Below the pieces are notes generated by a model. The model saw only the letters and a list, made by a program, of their open reading frames with translations. It ran no database searches and had not been told where the DNA came from. Source: Escherichia phage phiD2-2. From it: a stretch of DNA of 49,337 nt. Where the stretch lies: the sequence record OR861627.1; one strand, written 5' to 3'. The position numbers were made by a program, and so were the translations under genes. This document shows positions 24,377 to 33,265 of the stretch, piece after piece. Numbering within the stretch: the first letter of the stretch is position 1; every line of letters begins with the position of its first letter.

Positions 24377-24664
24377 ATGGCTAAAGAAAAAACTGTTGTT
24401 ATCGTAAACGTTGGTGTAGCTCTTCAGATGTTCCGTCTTGAAGATGGTTCCTTTGCTAAAGTTCTTCCAGATGAAGAGGTCACGCTTCCGGCGTCCGTTC
24501 TTGATTTGCCTGGCCTGCGTTGCTTAATTGCTCGCGAAGAAATCGAAGTTAAAGACGACAGTGCAACCAACCGCAAAATCCGCGCTGAAATGGCAAAGAT
24601 CACTAAGCCAGATCCGTGGGATAGCAAAAGCGTTAAAGAGCTTGAGGACGGCGGCGAATATTAA
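24377..24664 (+). CDS. hypothetical head-region protein (95 aa)
   Basis: Track ORF with GGAGAAA RBS between two terminators. Confidence 0.5.
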   Translation: MAKEKTVVIVNVGVALQMFRLEDGSFAKVLPDEEVTLPASVLDLPGLRCLIAREEIEVKDDSATNRKIRAEMAKITKPDPWDSKSVKELEDGGEY

Positions 24665-24670
24665 TCATCA

Positions 24671-24696
24671 AGGCGCTCATGTAGCGCCTTTTTTTA
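24671..24696 (+). terminator. rho-independent terminator
   Basis: Stem GGCGCT/AGCGCC then T7. Confidence 0.65.
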
Positions 24697-24707
24697 TGGG
24701 GGTAATT

Positions 24708-25118
24708 ATGAATCAAGAAACTTTAATTGCAGCTGTTGAGCAAATGCGAAAGCTGGTTCCGGCACTTCGTAAGGTTCCAGACGAAACGCTTTATGCGTGG
24801 GTAGAAATGGCTGAGCTTTTTGTATGCCAGAAGACCTTTAAAGACGCATACGTCAAAGCGATCGCTCTTTATGCATTACACCTTGCTTTCCTTGATGGGG
24901 CGCTAAAAGGTGAAGATGAGGATCTGGAATCGTACTCACGCCGCGTTACGTCATTCTCACTGAGCGGTGAATTTAGCCAGACTTTCGGAGAGGTTACGAA
25001 GAACCAGTCAGGGAACATGATGCTTTCTACGCCGTGGGGTAAGATGTTCGAACAGCTTAAAGCGAGACGCCGTGGTAGATTCGCATTAATGACAGGACTC
25101 CGTGGAGGATGCCACTAA
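24708..25118 (+). CDS. head-tail connector/adaptor protein (putative)
   Basis: Track ORF 24528..25118 trimmed to ATG (MNQETLIAAV) after terminator; call by size and position. Confidence 0.45.
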   Translation: MNQETLIAAVEQMRKLVPALRKVPDETLYAWVEMAELFVCQKTFKDAYVKAIALYALHLAFLDGALKGEDEDLESYSRRVTSFSLSGEFSQTFGEVTKNQSGNMMLSTPWGKMFEQLKARRRGRFALMTGLRGGCH

Positions 25119-25489
25119 TGAACTACTCACAGATTGAAAGAATGGCTCGCAAAGGCGTGGCTTTCTTCACCGATCCGTCAAGACCTATGAACCTGATAAA
25201 ACAAGGTGAATACGGATATGATGAAAACGGATTCGAGATCCCACCGATGGAACAGGTTATTCCAATATCCGGCGCGACGAGAAGACCGAACGCGCGTGAG
25301 ATTGACGGGGAAACTATCCGCGCCTCAGATATTTTGGGGATCTTCAATAATGATCATGAAATAAACGAAGGTGACTATATAGAGATTGATGGCATTCGTC
25401 ATGTTGTCGTTGATGCTCGCCCGGTTCAGGCGTCACTGGAACCAGTTGCCTATCGTCCAGTGTTGCGGAGGGTATCAGTCGGTGGCTAA
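25118..25489 (+). CDS. head-tail joining / head closure protein (putative)
   Basis: Track ORF; second ATG preferred because GGAGGA abuts the first; call by position. Confidence 0.4.
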   Translation: MNYSQIERMARKGVAFFTDPSRPMNLIKQGEYGYDENGFEIPPMEQVIPISGATRRPNAREIDGETIRASDILGIFNNDHEINEGDYIEIDGIRHVVVDARPVQASLEPVAYRPVLRRVSVGG

Positions 25490-25925
25490 TTATCAGATTC
25501 GTAGATTTCAAGGCGAGATTGATGCGTGGATTAAGGCAGCTGAAAGCACGTTAGAACATGCCATTGAGATATTCGTAAGGGATGTTCACGACGCTCTTGT
25601 TAGCCGCTCCCCTGTTGATACAGGTCGATTCAAGGGTAACTGGCAGATAACTTTTAACGAAATCCCTAACCACGCATTAAACCGATACGATAAAACTGGC
25701 AGTGTCGTAAGAGGTGAGGAGCAGGCCAAAACTTATGGCATGTTCAGCCGTGGCGGCGCGATAACATCAGTTCACTTTTCAAACATGTTGATTTATGCAA
25801 ACGCTCTTGAGTACGGTCATTCACAGCAAGCACCGAGCGGAGTTGTCGGTCTTGTGGCATTAAGGCTGAGATCATATATGGCTGACGCAATCAAGCAGGC
25901 AAGGAGACAGCAAAATGCACTATGA
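25482..25925 (+). CDS. neck/tail completion protein (putative); start uncertain
   Basis: Track frame 25386..25925 overlaps previous gene; GTG at about 25482 with GGAGGG upstream is the best start. Confidence 0.35.
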   Translation: MANYQIRRFQGEIDAWIKAAESTLEHAIEIFVRDVHDALVSRSPVDTGRFKGNWQITFNEIPNHALNRYDKTGSVVRGEEQAKTYGMFSRGGAITSVHFSNMLIYANALEYGHSQQAPSGVVGLVALRLRSYMADAIKQARRQQNAL

Positions 25926-26313
25926 GTTATCAGCGGCGGCGCGAGCCGCTTTTCTATCAAAGTACAGAGACTTTCCTCACTACATGGAAAACAGAAATTT
26001 CACACCTCCTAAGGATGGCGGCATGTGGCTGAGGTTCAACTACATTGAGGGGGATACGCTTTATCTATCCATTGACAGAAAGTGTAAATCTTACATCGCA
26101 ATCGTTCAGATCGGCGTAGTGTTCCCTCCAGGCTCCGGCGTTGACGAAGCAAGATTGAAGGCAAAAGAGATTGCTGATTTTTTCAAAGATGGTAAAATGC
26201 TTAACGTTGGTTATATTTTCGAGGGTGCAATCGTGCATCAAATTGTTAAACATGAAAGCGGGTGGATGATTCCGGTTCGCTTTACAGTACGAGTAGACAC
26301 AAAGGAGACTTAA
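25915..26313 (+). CDS. tail terminator-like protein (putative)
   Basis: 132 aa, AAGGAG RBS, immediately upstream of the major tail gene. Confidence 0.4.
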   Translation: MHYELSAAARAAFLSKYRDFPHYMENRNFTPPKDGGMWLRFNYIEGDTLYLSIDRKCKSYIAIVQIGVVFPPGSGVDEARLKAKEIADFFKDGKMLNVGYIFEGAIVHQIVKHESGWMIPVRFTVRVDTKET

Positions 26314-26314
26314 T

Positions 26315-26983
26315 ATGCACTTACCAAATGGCGCGCAAATTTTCGTGGAAACCTCTCGCGGAGAAGAGATAGAGGCGACCGCTGTCACTAACGAAAAAAA
26401 TCCTGTTGCTACAGTTGCATCTAAGGGCGACTTAGCAAAAGGCGATTACGTTATTGTAACTCAGTCAACCTGGGCCAAGATGGTCAGTCGAGTGCTAATT
26501 GTTACTGACGCTCAGGAAACAAGCATCACTCTTGCTGGGATTGACACCTCTGATACTCTTGTTTTCCCGGCTGGCGGTACGATGAGCTTTGCAAAAATTA
26601 CTGGCTGGACTGAGATTCCTTGCGTACAGGAGATTGGTCAGGACGGCGGCGAGCAGCAGTATTATACTTATCAGTGCTTGTCAGACGATAAAGAACAGCA
26701 GATCCCAACGTTTAAATCTGCGATCTCGCTAACGTACACTTTCGCGCACGAATTTGATAACCCGATCTACCAGATTCTGCGCAAGCTGGATTCGTCTGGT
26801 CAGGTAACAGCGGTTCGAATGTACGTTCCGAAAGCGAGCGAAATGCGTATGTGGGCTGGCATCTTGTCGTTTAACGATATCCCATCCACGCAGGTTAACG
26901 AAATGGAAACGGTGGAACTCGCCGTATCCCTGAAAGGTGACTTTACTTTCATTTCATCCACTCTGGCATCGCCTGGTGCTTAA
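26315..26983 (+). CDS. major tail protein (putative)
   Basis: 222 aa gene directly upstream of the G/GT chaperone pair, followed by a terminator. Confidence 0.55.
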   Translation: MHLPNGAQIFVETSRGEEIEATAVTNEKNPVATVASKGDLAKGDYVIVTQSTWAKMVSRVLIVTDAQETSITLAGIDTSDTLVFPAGGTMSFAKITGWTEIPCVQEIGQDGGEQQYYTYQCLSDDKEQQIPTFKSAISLTYTFAHEFDNPIYQILRKLDSSGQVTAVRMYVPKASEMRMWAGILSFNDIPSTQVNEMETVELAVSLKGDFTFISSTLASPGA

Positions 26984-26994
26984 ATCCTATCCAT

Positions 26995-27020
26995 AGGGGG
27001 CTTGCGCCCCCTTGTTCATT
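26995..27020 (+). terminator. rho-independent terminator after the major tail gene
   Basis: Stem GGGGGC/GCCCCC then T-rich run. Confidence 0.6.
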
Positions 27021-27056
27021 TCTGTAAAATCATCCTATCAACTTTATTCGATTAAC

Positions 27057-27096
27057 TTTTAACAAAAAGTGCTATCAACCAATCAGGAGAAACATC
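27057..27096 (+). promoter_or_regulatory. palindrome plus conserved leader upstream of the G chaperone
   Basis: TTTTAACAAAAAGTGCTAT then CAACCAATCAGGAGAAACATC then ATG. Confidence 0.45.
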
Positions 27097-27414
27097 ATGG
27101 CTAAATTCAATTTCGTGTTGGGCCAACTTCCAGACTTCAAACTTCCGGTGACATTCACCATGCCAAACGGCGAGGATGCGACTATTATTTTTACAGTACG
27201 CCACCTTTCCAGTAAAGAAGTGCAAGATATGTATGCGAAGCAGGGCGAAATGAATGATAGCGATTTCATCACTAAGATCGCGTCAGGCTGGAATCTGGAA
27301 GAAGAATTTAACGAAGAGAATGCGCGTAAACTGGTACAGTATTATCCTTCCGCAGCATACAATCTGACGGCAACTTACATCAAGGCGCTCGCCGGACACC
27401 GCGCAAAAAACTAA
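27097..27414 (+). CDS. tail assembly chaperone (lambda gpG-like)
   Basis: 105 aa gene immediately upstream of the tape measure gene; ends just after a slippery heptamer. Confidence 0.7.
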   Translation: MAKFNFVLGQLPDFKLPVTFTMPNGEDATIIFTVRHLSSKEVQDMYAKQGEMNDSDFITKIASGWNLEEEFNEENARKLVQYYPSAAYNLTATYIKALAGHRAKN

Positions 27415-27731
27415 AAAGGGCGGTTTATCTGTTATATCAGAAACCGCCGACAGAAGAGCAATTGCGATCGGTTGGTCTTAGTCTTTCTGACTATGAAGGC
27501 GAGGAACCGGAAACGATAATCGGCGATGCTGAAATGGTGAAGGCGTGGAATGTTTTTACGTCAATGCTCACTCAGTGGAGAAGTTCAGGCGCTGGAGCTT
27601 ATGGTCTTGACTATAATGTTTTGCCTATGTTGTTCAAAATCTATAAAATAGAAGATGAAGAACTGGCATTGCAGGACGTTAGGATCATGGAAGCGAAAGC
27701 GCTTGAAATGATTGCTAAGCAAAACAACTAA
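27097..27731 (+). CDS. tail assembly chaperone frameshift fusion (gpGT-like), by -1 slip near 27405-27411
   Basis: -1 frame is open from the slip site to the stop at 27729-27731 (about 211 aa total). Confidence 0.55.
27405..27448 (+). other. programmed -1 ribosomal frameshift signal (slippery A AAA AAC plus downstream hairpin)
   Basis: Heptamer at 27405-27411 sits 1 codon before the G stop; 7-nt spacer; perfect 8-bp stem GGCGGTTT/AAACCGCC at 27419-27448. Confidence 0.65.
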
Positions 27732-27753
27732 GCCGCCGTTTGGCGGTTTTTTC
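27731..27753 (+). terminator. terminator-like hairpin between GT stop and tape measure start
   Basis: Stem GCCGCC/GGCGG then T6. Confidence 0.5.
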
Positions 27754-27769
27754 GTATATAGGGGGTTAT

Positions 27770-30643
27770 ATGGTTGATAAGGTAGCAGGTCTGTCGCTTG
27801 ACGTTGATGTGTCAACAGTGCAGCGCGCCGTCAAGTCACTGAAAGAGTTTTCAAAGGCCAACGACCAGGCCGCTGATTCTATGGGTTCTTTAATCAATGA
27901 GTCAGAGGTTGCAAAACAGAAGGCCAAAGAACACGCTGAACAACTCAGGCGTCAGAGAAAAGAGTATGAGGCCGTGGAGAAGGCAATCGATCCTACAGTA
28001 TCAAAAATGGAAAGGTTGAAGATTGCATCTCAGCAGCTTGATAAACTCTGGCAGCAGGGAGTCGTTCCAGATGAGACATTTTTCCGTTTGGGTGAAATGC
28101 TGGATCTGCAAAACGCAAAACTTGCTCTCAGCCGGGCTATGCTTACGGAAGAAGGTCAGGCGGCATTGCAGGAAGCGAAAGCAAAAGAGCAGGCGGCAGC
28201 ACGAAGCAAGGCGTTCATGGATGCCCTGAATGGTCAAGTTAACGCGATCGGCAAGACTCATGCTGAATTGATGGAACTGAAAGCGGCTGAGCTTGGTTTA
28301 TCGAAAGAAGCAGCACCACTAATCGCAAAACTTAAAGATCAAGGCCGGGCTATGAATGCAGCAGGTATTAGCGCCGGGGAATACAGGCAGGCAATGCGAA
28401 TGCTTCCTGCACAGATTACCGACGTCGTTACATCTCTTGCATCCGGCATGCCAGTTTGGATGGTTGCCATCCAGCAAGGCGGTCAAATCAAGGACTCGTT
28501 CGGCGGGATCAGTAATACGTTTAAAGTGTTGCTGAGTTATATTAATCCAGTCACAGCAGGGGTTGGCGTTCTCGTTGGCTCGTTAGGTCTTCTGGCGAAA
28601 GCTGGTTATGACTCTTACAAGTCAATAACTGATATTCAGAATGCGCTTATTGAGACTGGCGGTTATGCAGGTGTTACGGCTGAAGAGCTTGATTCAGTGT
28701 CTAAAAAGATCGCACAGACAAGCAACTCAACCATTGGGAGTATTCGCGATATTGTAACGGAGTTGGCGAGTTCTGGTAAGTACACCCGCGAGCAGATCCA
28801 GAACATCACTAAGGCTACCGCAGAGTGGTCAGCGTCAACAGGAAAATCAGCAAGCCAAATTATTTCTGAGTTCGACAAAATCGCAAGCGATCCGGTAAAA
28901 GGCCTGAAGAAGTTAAACGAGCAATATAATTTCCTTGAAAAAGGGCAACTTACCTATATCGATACATTAAGCCGGACGAAAGGAGAAACTGAGGCAGTAT
29001 CAGAGGCTACCAAACTATTCGCAGACGTAATGGAAAAGCGAATGAAGTCGATCGCGGATAACGCTACTCCTCTGGAAAAGATGTGGAGCGATATTAAACA
29101 ATGGGCTTCGGACGCGTGGGGATGGGTTGGTGATCATACACTCGGGGCGCTAAACCTGATTGTCGACGTTGTTCAGGGTACAGTGATTCAGGTTAAAATG
29201 ATTCTTGCGAAGGGTGATGAGTACATCTCAAACTTTATCGCCTCAGCCATAAAGGCAACTCAGTCACTACCTGGAATGAGTGATTTCGGCGCTGATGTGC
29301 TGAAGGAGCAGGAGAACATCGTAAAAAGTTCTCGCGACAACTACGACCAGTTGGCTTCAGAGCTTGATGCTATTAACGCTCGCGTAGAAAAAGGCGAGAT
29401 GGGATACGTTGAAGCGATGAAGCAGCGTCGAACTCTTGAAAAGCAGTACAGTGAGGAAACTAGGGAGGCAATAAGGAAAGAAGCAGAAGAGATCGAGAAG
29501 CGAAACCGAGAAAGAAATAAGCAGTCGAAAATTGTACGCTCACCGACAGAGCAATTCGACAAGGAGTTAATTTCACTCAAGGCTCAACTTAAGGTATTGC
29601 AGGAGCATAAGGAGATCGGTCAAAAACTTTCCGCGCAGAGAAAGGCGCTGTTTACTACCGAGGCTACGATTGCTGTTCTTCGTGAAGCCAGCTCTAAGCG
29701 TCAGTTGTCTGCGGAAGAAAAAGCGTTGCTGGCAAGTCAGGAGAGAGTTATTGAGCTTGCGAAACAGAAGGCCGAGATTGGCGATCAGATTGTTAAGCAA
29801 CAACAGTTGAATGATCTTACCGATAAATCTCTGAAGTTTGTCAATGAGATGACGGCAGCTACAGAACAGCTAAACGCGTCTCGAGGGATGAGCACCCGAG
29901 AAATGGAAAGGCAAGCTGAGTTGGCTAAGATCACTACTGATTATATTAATGCAGGTGGCAGCGAAGGAGATGAAAAACTCCAGAACATGATCAAGGCACA
30001 AAATGATTACTATGCTGCGGAAGATGCCAAGCGTTCTGACTGGTTAGCAGGTGCTGAAAGTGCATTTGCAGATTACGGCGATTCTGCAATGGATATGTAC
30101 GGCAATGTGTATGATATCGCGTCAAGTTCACTTAACGGAATGAGTGACATGATGACCCAATTCCTGACTACAGGTAAGGCAAATTTTGAGGACTTTGCGA
30201 AAAACATCATTAGCATGATTATTAAGATGATTGCTCAAATGGTAATCTTCAATACGATCTCAGGCATGATGGGCGGTAAGACGTGGAGCTTTGCTGGAGG
30301 GGTGTCGCCTGGTGCTTCTGCGGTATCACAGGCAACTCCTACGCCTGCCGTCTCTGGTTTTAGGTCTTTATCTTCAGGCGTCGCTGTTACCTCGCTTGCT
30401 GCCGCTGCGGGTAGTGTTGCAACATCTGGATTTAACGCATCTAAATCCGCACCGAAGGCAGTGAACCAATCAGCAGGCGGGACGGTCGTTGATGTTAGGG
30501 GTATGGAGGTTAAAGTTGACAACGGTTCAGATCCGAGAGGAATTTCTCAGGGCGTAGAAATGATGTTCAAAAAAATGATTCGAGAGTCTTGTTCACAGGG
30601 CGGAGAGGTTTACAATTACATTCAGGAAAAAACAGGAGGCTAA
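27770..30643 (+). CDS. tail tape measure protein
   Basis: About 957 aa, coiled-coil-rich N-terminal two thirds, glycine/hydrophobic segment near C-terminus; track ORF trimmed to ATG (MVDKVAG) with AGGGGG RBS. Confidence 0.85.
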   Translation: MVDKVAGLSLDVDVSTVQRAVKSLKEFSKANDQAADSMGSLINESEVAKQKAKEHAEQLRRQRKEYEAVEKAIDPTVSKMERLKIASQQLDKLWQQGVVPDETFFRLGEMLDLQNAKLALSRAMLTEEGQAALQEAKAKEQAAARSKAFMDALNGQVNAIGKTHAELMELKAAELGLSKEAAPLIAKLKDQGRAMNAAGISAGEYRQAMRMLPAQITDVVTSLASGMPVWMVAIQQGGQIKDSFGGISNTFKVLLSYINPVTAGVGVLVGSLGLLAKAGYDSYKSITDIQNALIETGGYAGVTAEELDSVSKKIAQTSNSTIGSIRDIVTELASSGKYTREQIQNITKATAEWSASTGKSASQIISEFDKIASDPVKGLKKLNEQYNFLEKGQLTYIDTLSRTKGETEAVSEATKLFADVMEKRMKSIADNATPLEKMWSDIKQWASDAWGWVGDHTLGALNLIVDVVQGTVIQVKMILAKGDEYISNFIASAIKATQSLPGMSDFGADVLKEQENIVKSSRDNYDQLASELDAINARVEKGEMGYVEAMKQRRTLEKQYSEETREAIRKEAEEIEKRNRERNKQSKIVRSPTEQFDKELISLKAQLKVLQEHKEIGQKLSAQRKALFTTEATIAVLREASSKRQLSAEEKALLASQERVIELAKQKAEIGDQIVKQQQLNDLTDKSLKFVNEMTAATEQLNASRGMSTREMERQAELAKITTDYINAGGSEGDEKLQNMIKAQNDYYAAEDAKRSDWLAGAESAFADYGDSAMDMYGNVYDIASSSLNGMSDMMTQFLTTGKANFEDFAKNIISMIIKMIAQMVIFNTISGMMGGKTWSFAGGVSPGASAVSQATPTPAVSGFRSLSSGVAVTSLAAAAGSVATSGFNASKSAPKAVNQSAGGTVVDVRGMEVKVDNGSDPRGISQGVEMMFKKMIRESCSQGGEVYNYIQEKTGG

Positions 30644-30645
30644 TA

Positions 30646-30999
30646 ATGGCGACACTTGACACTTTCAGTTGGTGTACGCAGGTTCAAGGGGGCGGCGGCT
30701 CCCTTACCACTACCAACAATGACAGATCCATACAGTTTGGAAACGGCCACATGCAGCTTGCATCTTCTGGATTTAACACCACGCGACGCGAGTATTCAGT
30801 TGTCTATGCTGGGGAAGATTTCATGGCTGTTTACGACTTCTGTGATTCTCACCGCATTAAACCTTTCGCATGGACGCCGCCGGACGGGAAGATCGGAATA
30901 TGGGTTGTTAAGCCTAACAGCCTGGGCGCGAAGCCAGTATCACGCGACGTGATGGAAATTAATGTCACGTTTATGGAGCAGTTTACATCTATGGAATAG
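30646..30999 (+). CDS. minor tail protein (lambda gpM-like)
   Basis: About 117 aa gene right after TMP; track ORF trimmed to MATLDTF with AGGAGG RBS. Confidence 0.55.
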   Translation: MATLDTFSWCTQVQGGGGSLTTTNNDRSIQFGNGHMQLASSGFNTTRREYSVVYAGEDFMAVYDFCDSHRIKPFAWTPPDGKIGIWVVKPNSLGAKPVSRDVMEINVTFMEQFTSME

Positions 31000-31010
31000 C
31001 ACTTCATGAC

Positions 31011-31037
31011 AAAAGCCCGCCTTGCGCGGGTTTTTTT
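31011..31037 (+). terminator. rho-independent terminator (repeated cassette, copy 1)
   Basis: CCCGC-CTTGC-GCGGG then T7; same stem as 33196-33224. Confidence 0.7.
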
Positions 31038-31040
31038 GTA

Positions 31041-31050
31041 GCTGTAGAAT
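31041..31050 (+). promoter_or_regulatory. extended -10 promoter element (TGTAGAAT) after repeated terminator
   Basis: TG-n-TAGAAT about 30 nt upstream of the gpL-like start. Confidence 0.4.
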
Positions 31051-31078
31051 GGTTGCAACTAAACAAGAGGAAAAGACA

Positions 31079-31861
31079 ATGAGCGAAAACAAAAAACTTT
31101 ATGATGAAGAAAGCGGGAAGAGCCTGTTTCACAACTGCCTTCAATCACTATACCCTGGAGAGATAATCACTCTGATTGAAGTTGATGGCAGCAAGTTCGG
31201 CGCTCAGGTGTACCGTTTCCACGGGGAAAATATCCAGTACACTCCAGAAGAAATCATGCAGGCACAGCAAACCGGAACGCTACCGCCGAAAGAAATCACC
31301 TTCCGTGGCGAGCAATACGGCGCGCGACCTTTCGGTATATCCGGGATCTCGTTCGACAGTTCCGGCAAGGCCACAAAGCCACAATTAACGGTGGCAAACA
31401 TCGATAGTCGCGTATCTGCGATGATTCGTGCATATAACGGACTAATGCAAGCTAAGGTGACTATCTGGATCACTCAAAAGGACTTAATTCAACATAACGG
31501 CTCAATCGCTGACGGAGCTTACCGAAAACTGGTATACTATATCGAACGCCCGAGCTATGTCGATAAGAGTGTCGCCAGGTTCGATCTAACGTCTCCTTAT
31601 GATATGGATGGAATCATGATACCGTCACGACTAACTCAAAGCGTTTGCTATTGGGCGCAGAGGGGATGGTATAAAACCGGGAAGGGGTGCGGATACAACG
31701 GGCAAAATGGTTACTTCGATAAAGACAATAATCCGGTAGACGATCCTTCGCTGGATTTTTGCCCGGGAACGGTAACGGCCTGCCGCCTGAGATTCGGCGC
31801 AAACAATGAATTGGATTTTGGCGGTTGCGCAGTCGCTTCACTACAGAGGAAAAATCAATGA
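31079..31861 (+). CDS. minor tail protein (lambda gpL-like)
   Basis: About 260 aa with C-terminal cysteine cluster (CPGTVTACRLRFG...GGCAV); track ORF trimmed to MSENKK. Confidence 0.6.
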   Translation: MSENKKLYDEESGKSLFHNCLQSLYPGEIITLIEVDGSKFGAQVYRFHGENIQYTPEEIMQAQQTGTLPPKEITFRGEQYGARPFGISGISFDSSGKATKPQLTVANIDSRVSAMIRAYNGLMQAKVTIWITQKDLIQHNGSIADGAYRKLVYYIERPSYVDKSVARFDLTSPYDMDGIMIPSRLTQSVCYWAQRGWYKTGKGCGYNGQNGYFDKDNNPVDDPSLDFCPGTVTACRLRFGANNELDFGGCAVASLQRKNQ

Positions 31862-32592
31862 TTAGTGCAAAAATTAAACTTGAAATTATGACTCACGCTC
31901 AAGAAGAATATCCTCGCGAATGCTGTGGGGTAGTCACCCAAAAGGGCCGCGTACAAAAATACCATCGCGTTGATAATGTACACCGCGATCCCGAGAATCA
32001 TTTCATGATGGATGCTGTACAATACGCTTGCATTGAGGACGATGCGGAATCAACAACAATAGCAATTGTTCACAGCCACACAGGAGACGGGGCTACAACT
32101 CTACCAAGCGCTCACGATACGTGCATGTGCAACGAGATGGAAGTTACCTGGATTATTGTTAGCGTGCCGGAAGGGGATATGCGATTTGTGAAGCCGGAGA
32201 AATTGCCTCTGATTGGTCGTCCGTGGTCATTAGGATCATTCGACTGTTACGGTCTTGTTATGGCGTGGCACAAAGAGCACGGCGTAGAATTGCGCGATCG
32301 CCGATTGAATTTTGAATGGTGGAAACCTGAGTACGGAATTAATCTCTATCAGGATTATTACAAGCAGGATGGCTTCGTTGAGATTCCAGATCAGAATAAT
32401 CCGTCATTCGGTGATATGGTAATCATGCAGATAGGGCAAAACGTTCCGGTATGGAACCATGCAGGGATTTACCTGGGAGATAATCAGATCTTGCATCATG
32501 CCTTCGGCAAGCTATCTCGTCGTGATATTTATTCCGGATGGTATCAGGATCATACTGTTTTAATCGTTCGCCATAAGGATCTTAAATTATGA
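31858..32592 (+). CDS. tail tip assembly protein (lambda gpK-like, JAB/MPN + NlpC/P60)
   Basis: HAQEEYPRECCGVV then HSH...SAHD (JAMM-type), followed by a Cys-His segment (FDCYGLV...H); track ORF trimmed to MISAKI. Confidence 0.7.
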   Translation: MISAKIKLEIMTHAQEEYPRECCGVVTQKGRVQKYHRVDNVHRDPENHFMMDAVQYACIEDDAESTTIAIVHSHTGDGATTLPSAHDTCMCNEMEVTWIIVSVPEGDMRFVKPEKLPLIGRPWSLGSFDCYGLVMAWHKEHGVELRDRRLNFEWWKPEYGINLYQDYYKQDGFVEIPDQNNPSFGDMVIMQIGQNVPVWNHAGIYLGDNQILHHAFGKLSRRDIYSGWYQDHTVLIVRHKDLKL

Positions 32593-33188
32593 ATGATGTA
32601 AAAGTAATTAAATTGTCAGGTTCACTTGGGAGACGCTTCGGCGTCTTTCACCGTTACGCTGTTGACTCTTACCCGGAAGCCATACGGGCGCTATCCAGTC
32701 AGGTGGACGGATTTAAAGAATACATGCAAAGCGAGGTAGGATCTCGTAGCAAGTTTTCAATATTTGTGGATGGCGTTAACGTGGGACACCATGAAGAGGA
32801 AAAATTCAAGTGCGCGAAAGAGATAAGAATCGTACCGATCCCTACTGGCTCTAAGACAGGAGGTCTATTTCAGGTTGTATTGGGCGCGGCAATAATGGTT
32901 GCAGCATTCTATACTGGCGGCGCGTCTCTGGCTTTAATGGGCACAATGTCCTCTTCTCTGTTTATGATGGGCGGCGCTATGGTGTTGGGTGGAGTGATGC
33001 AGATGATTTCACCGCAGCCGGGAGGCGCAAACTTTGAAGTTCAATCAAGCAAGAATAAACCTTCTTACGCGTTCGGCGGTGCTGTCAATACGACGGCGGC
33101 TGGATACCCTCTCCCGGTCCCGTATGGATATCGCGCCGGAGGTGGCGCAACTTTCTCAGCAGGTTCTTATGCCGAGGATATGAGTTAA
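32589..33188 (+). CDS. tail assembly protein (lambda gpI-like)
   Basis: 199 aa with Gly/Ala-rich hydrophobic C-terminal half; between the K-like and J-like genes. Confidence 0.55.
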   Translation: MNDVKVIKLSGSLGRRFGVFHRYAVDSYPEAIRALSSQVDGFKEYMQSEVGSRSKFSIFVDGVNVGHHEEEKFKCAKEIRIVPIPTGSKTGGLFQVVLGAAIMVAAFYTGGASLALMGTMSSSLFMMGGAMVLGGVMQMISPQPGGANFEVQSSKNKPSYAFGGAVNTTAAGYPLPVPYGYRAGGGATFSAGSYAEDMS

Positions 33189-33195
33189 AATTAAC

Positions 33196-33224
33196 CCGCC
33201 TTGCGCGGGTTTTTTTTCGCCTGT
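33196..33224 (+). terminator. rho-independent terminator (repeated cassette, copy 2)
   Basis: CCCGC-CTTGC-GCGGG then T8. Confidence 0.7.
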
Positions 33225-33230
33225 ATAATG
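33221..33230 (+). promoter_or_regulatory. extended -10 promoter element (TGTATAAT) after repeated terminator
   Basis: TG-n-TATAAT about 35 nt upstream of the gpJ-like start. Confidence 0.45.
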
Positions 33231-33243
33231 AGTCCACCGATAA

Positions 33244-33262
33244 ATAGCACAAAAAGGTAAAC
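33244..33262 (+). repeat. palindrome half-copy in the gpJ-like leader
   Basis: ATAGCACAAAAAGGTAAAC between the extended -10 and the ATG. Confidence 0.4.
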
Positions 33263-33265
33263 ATC

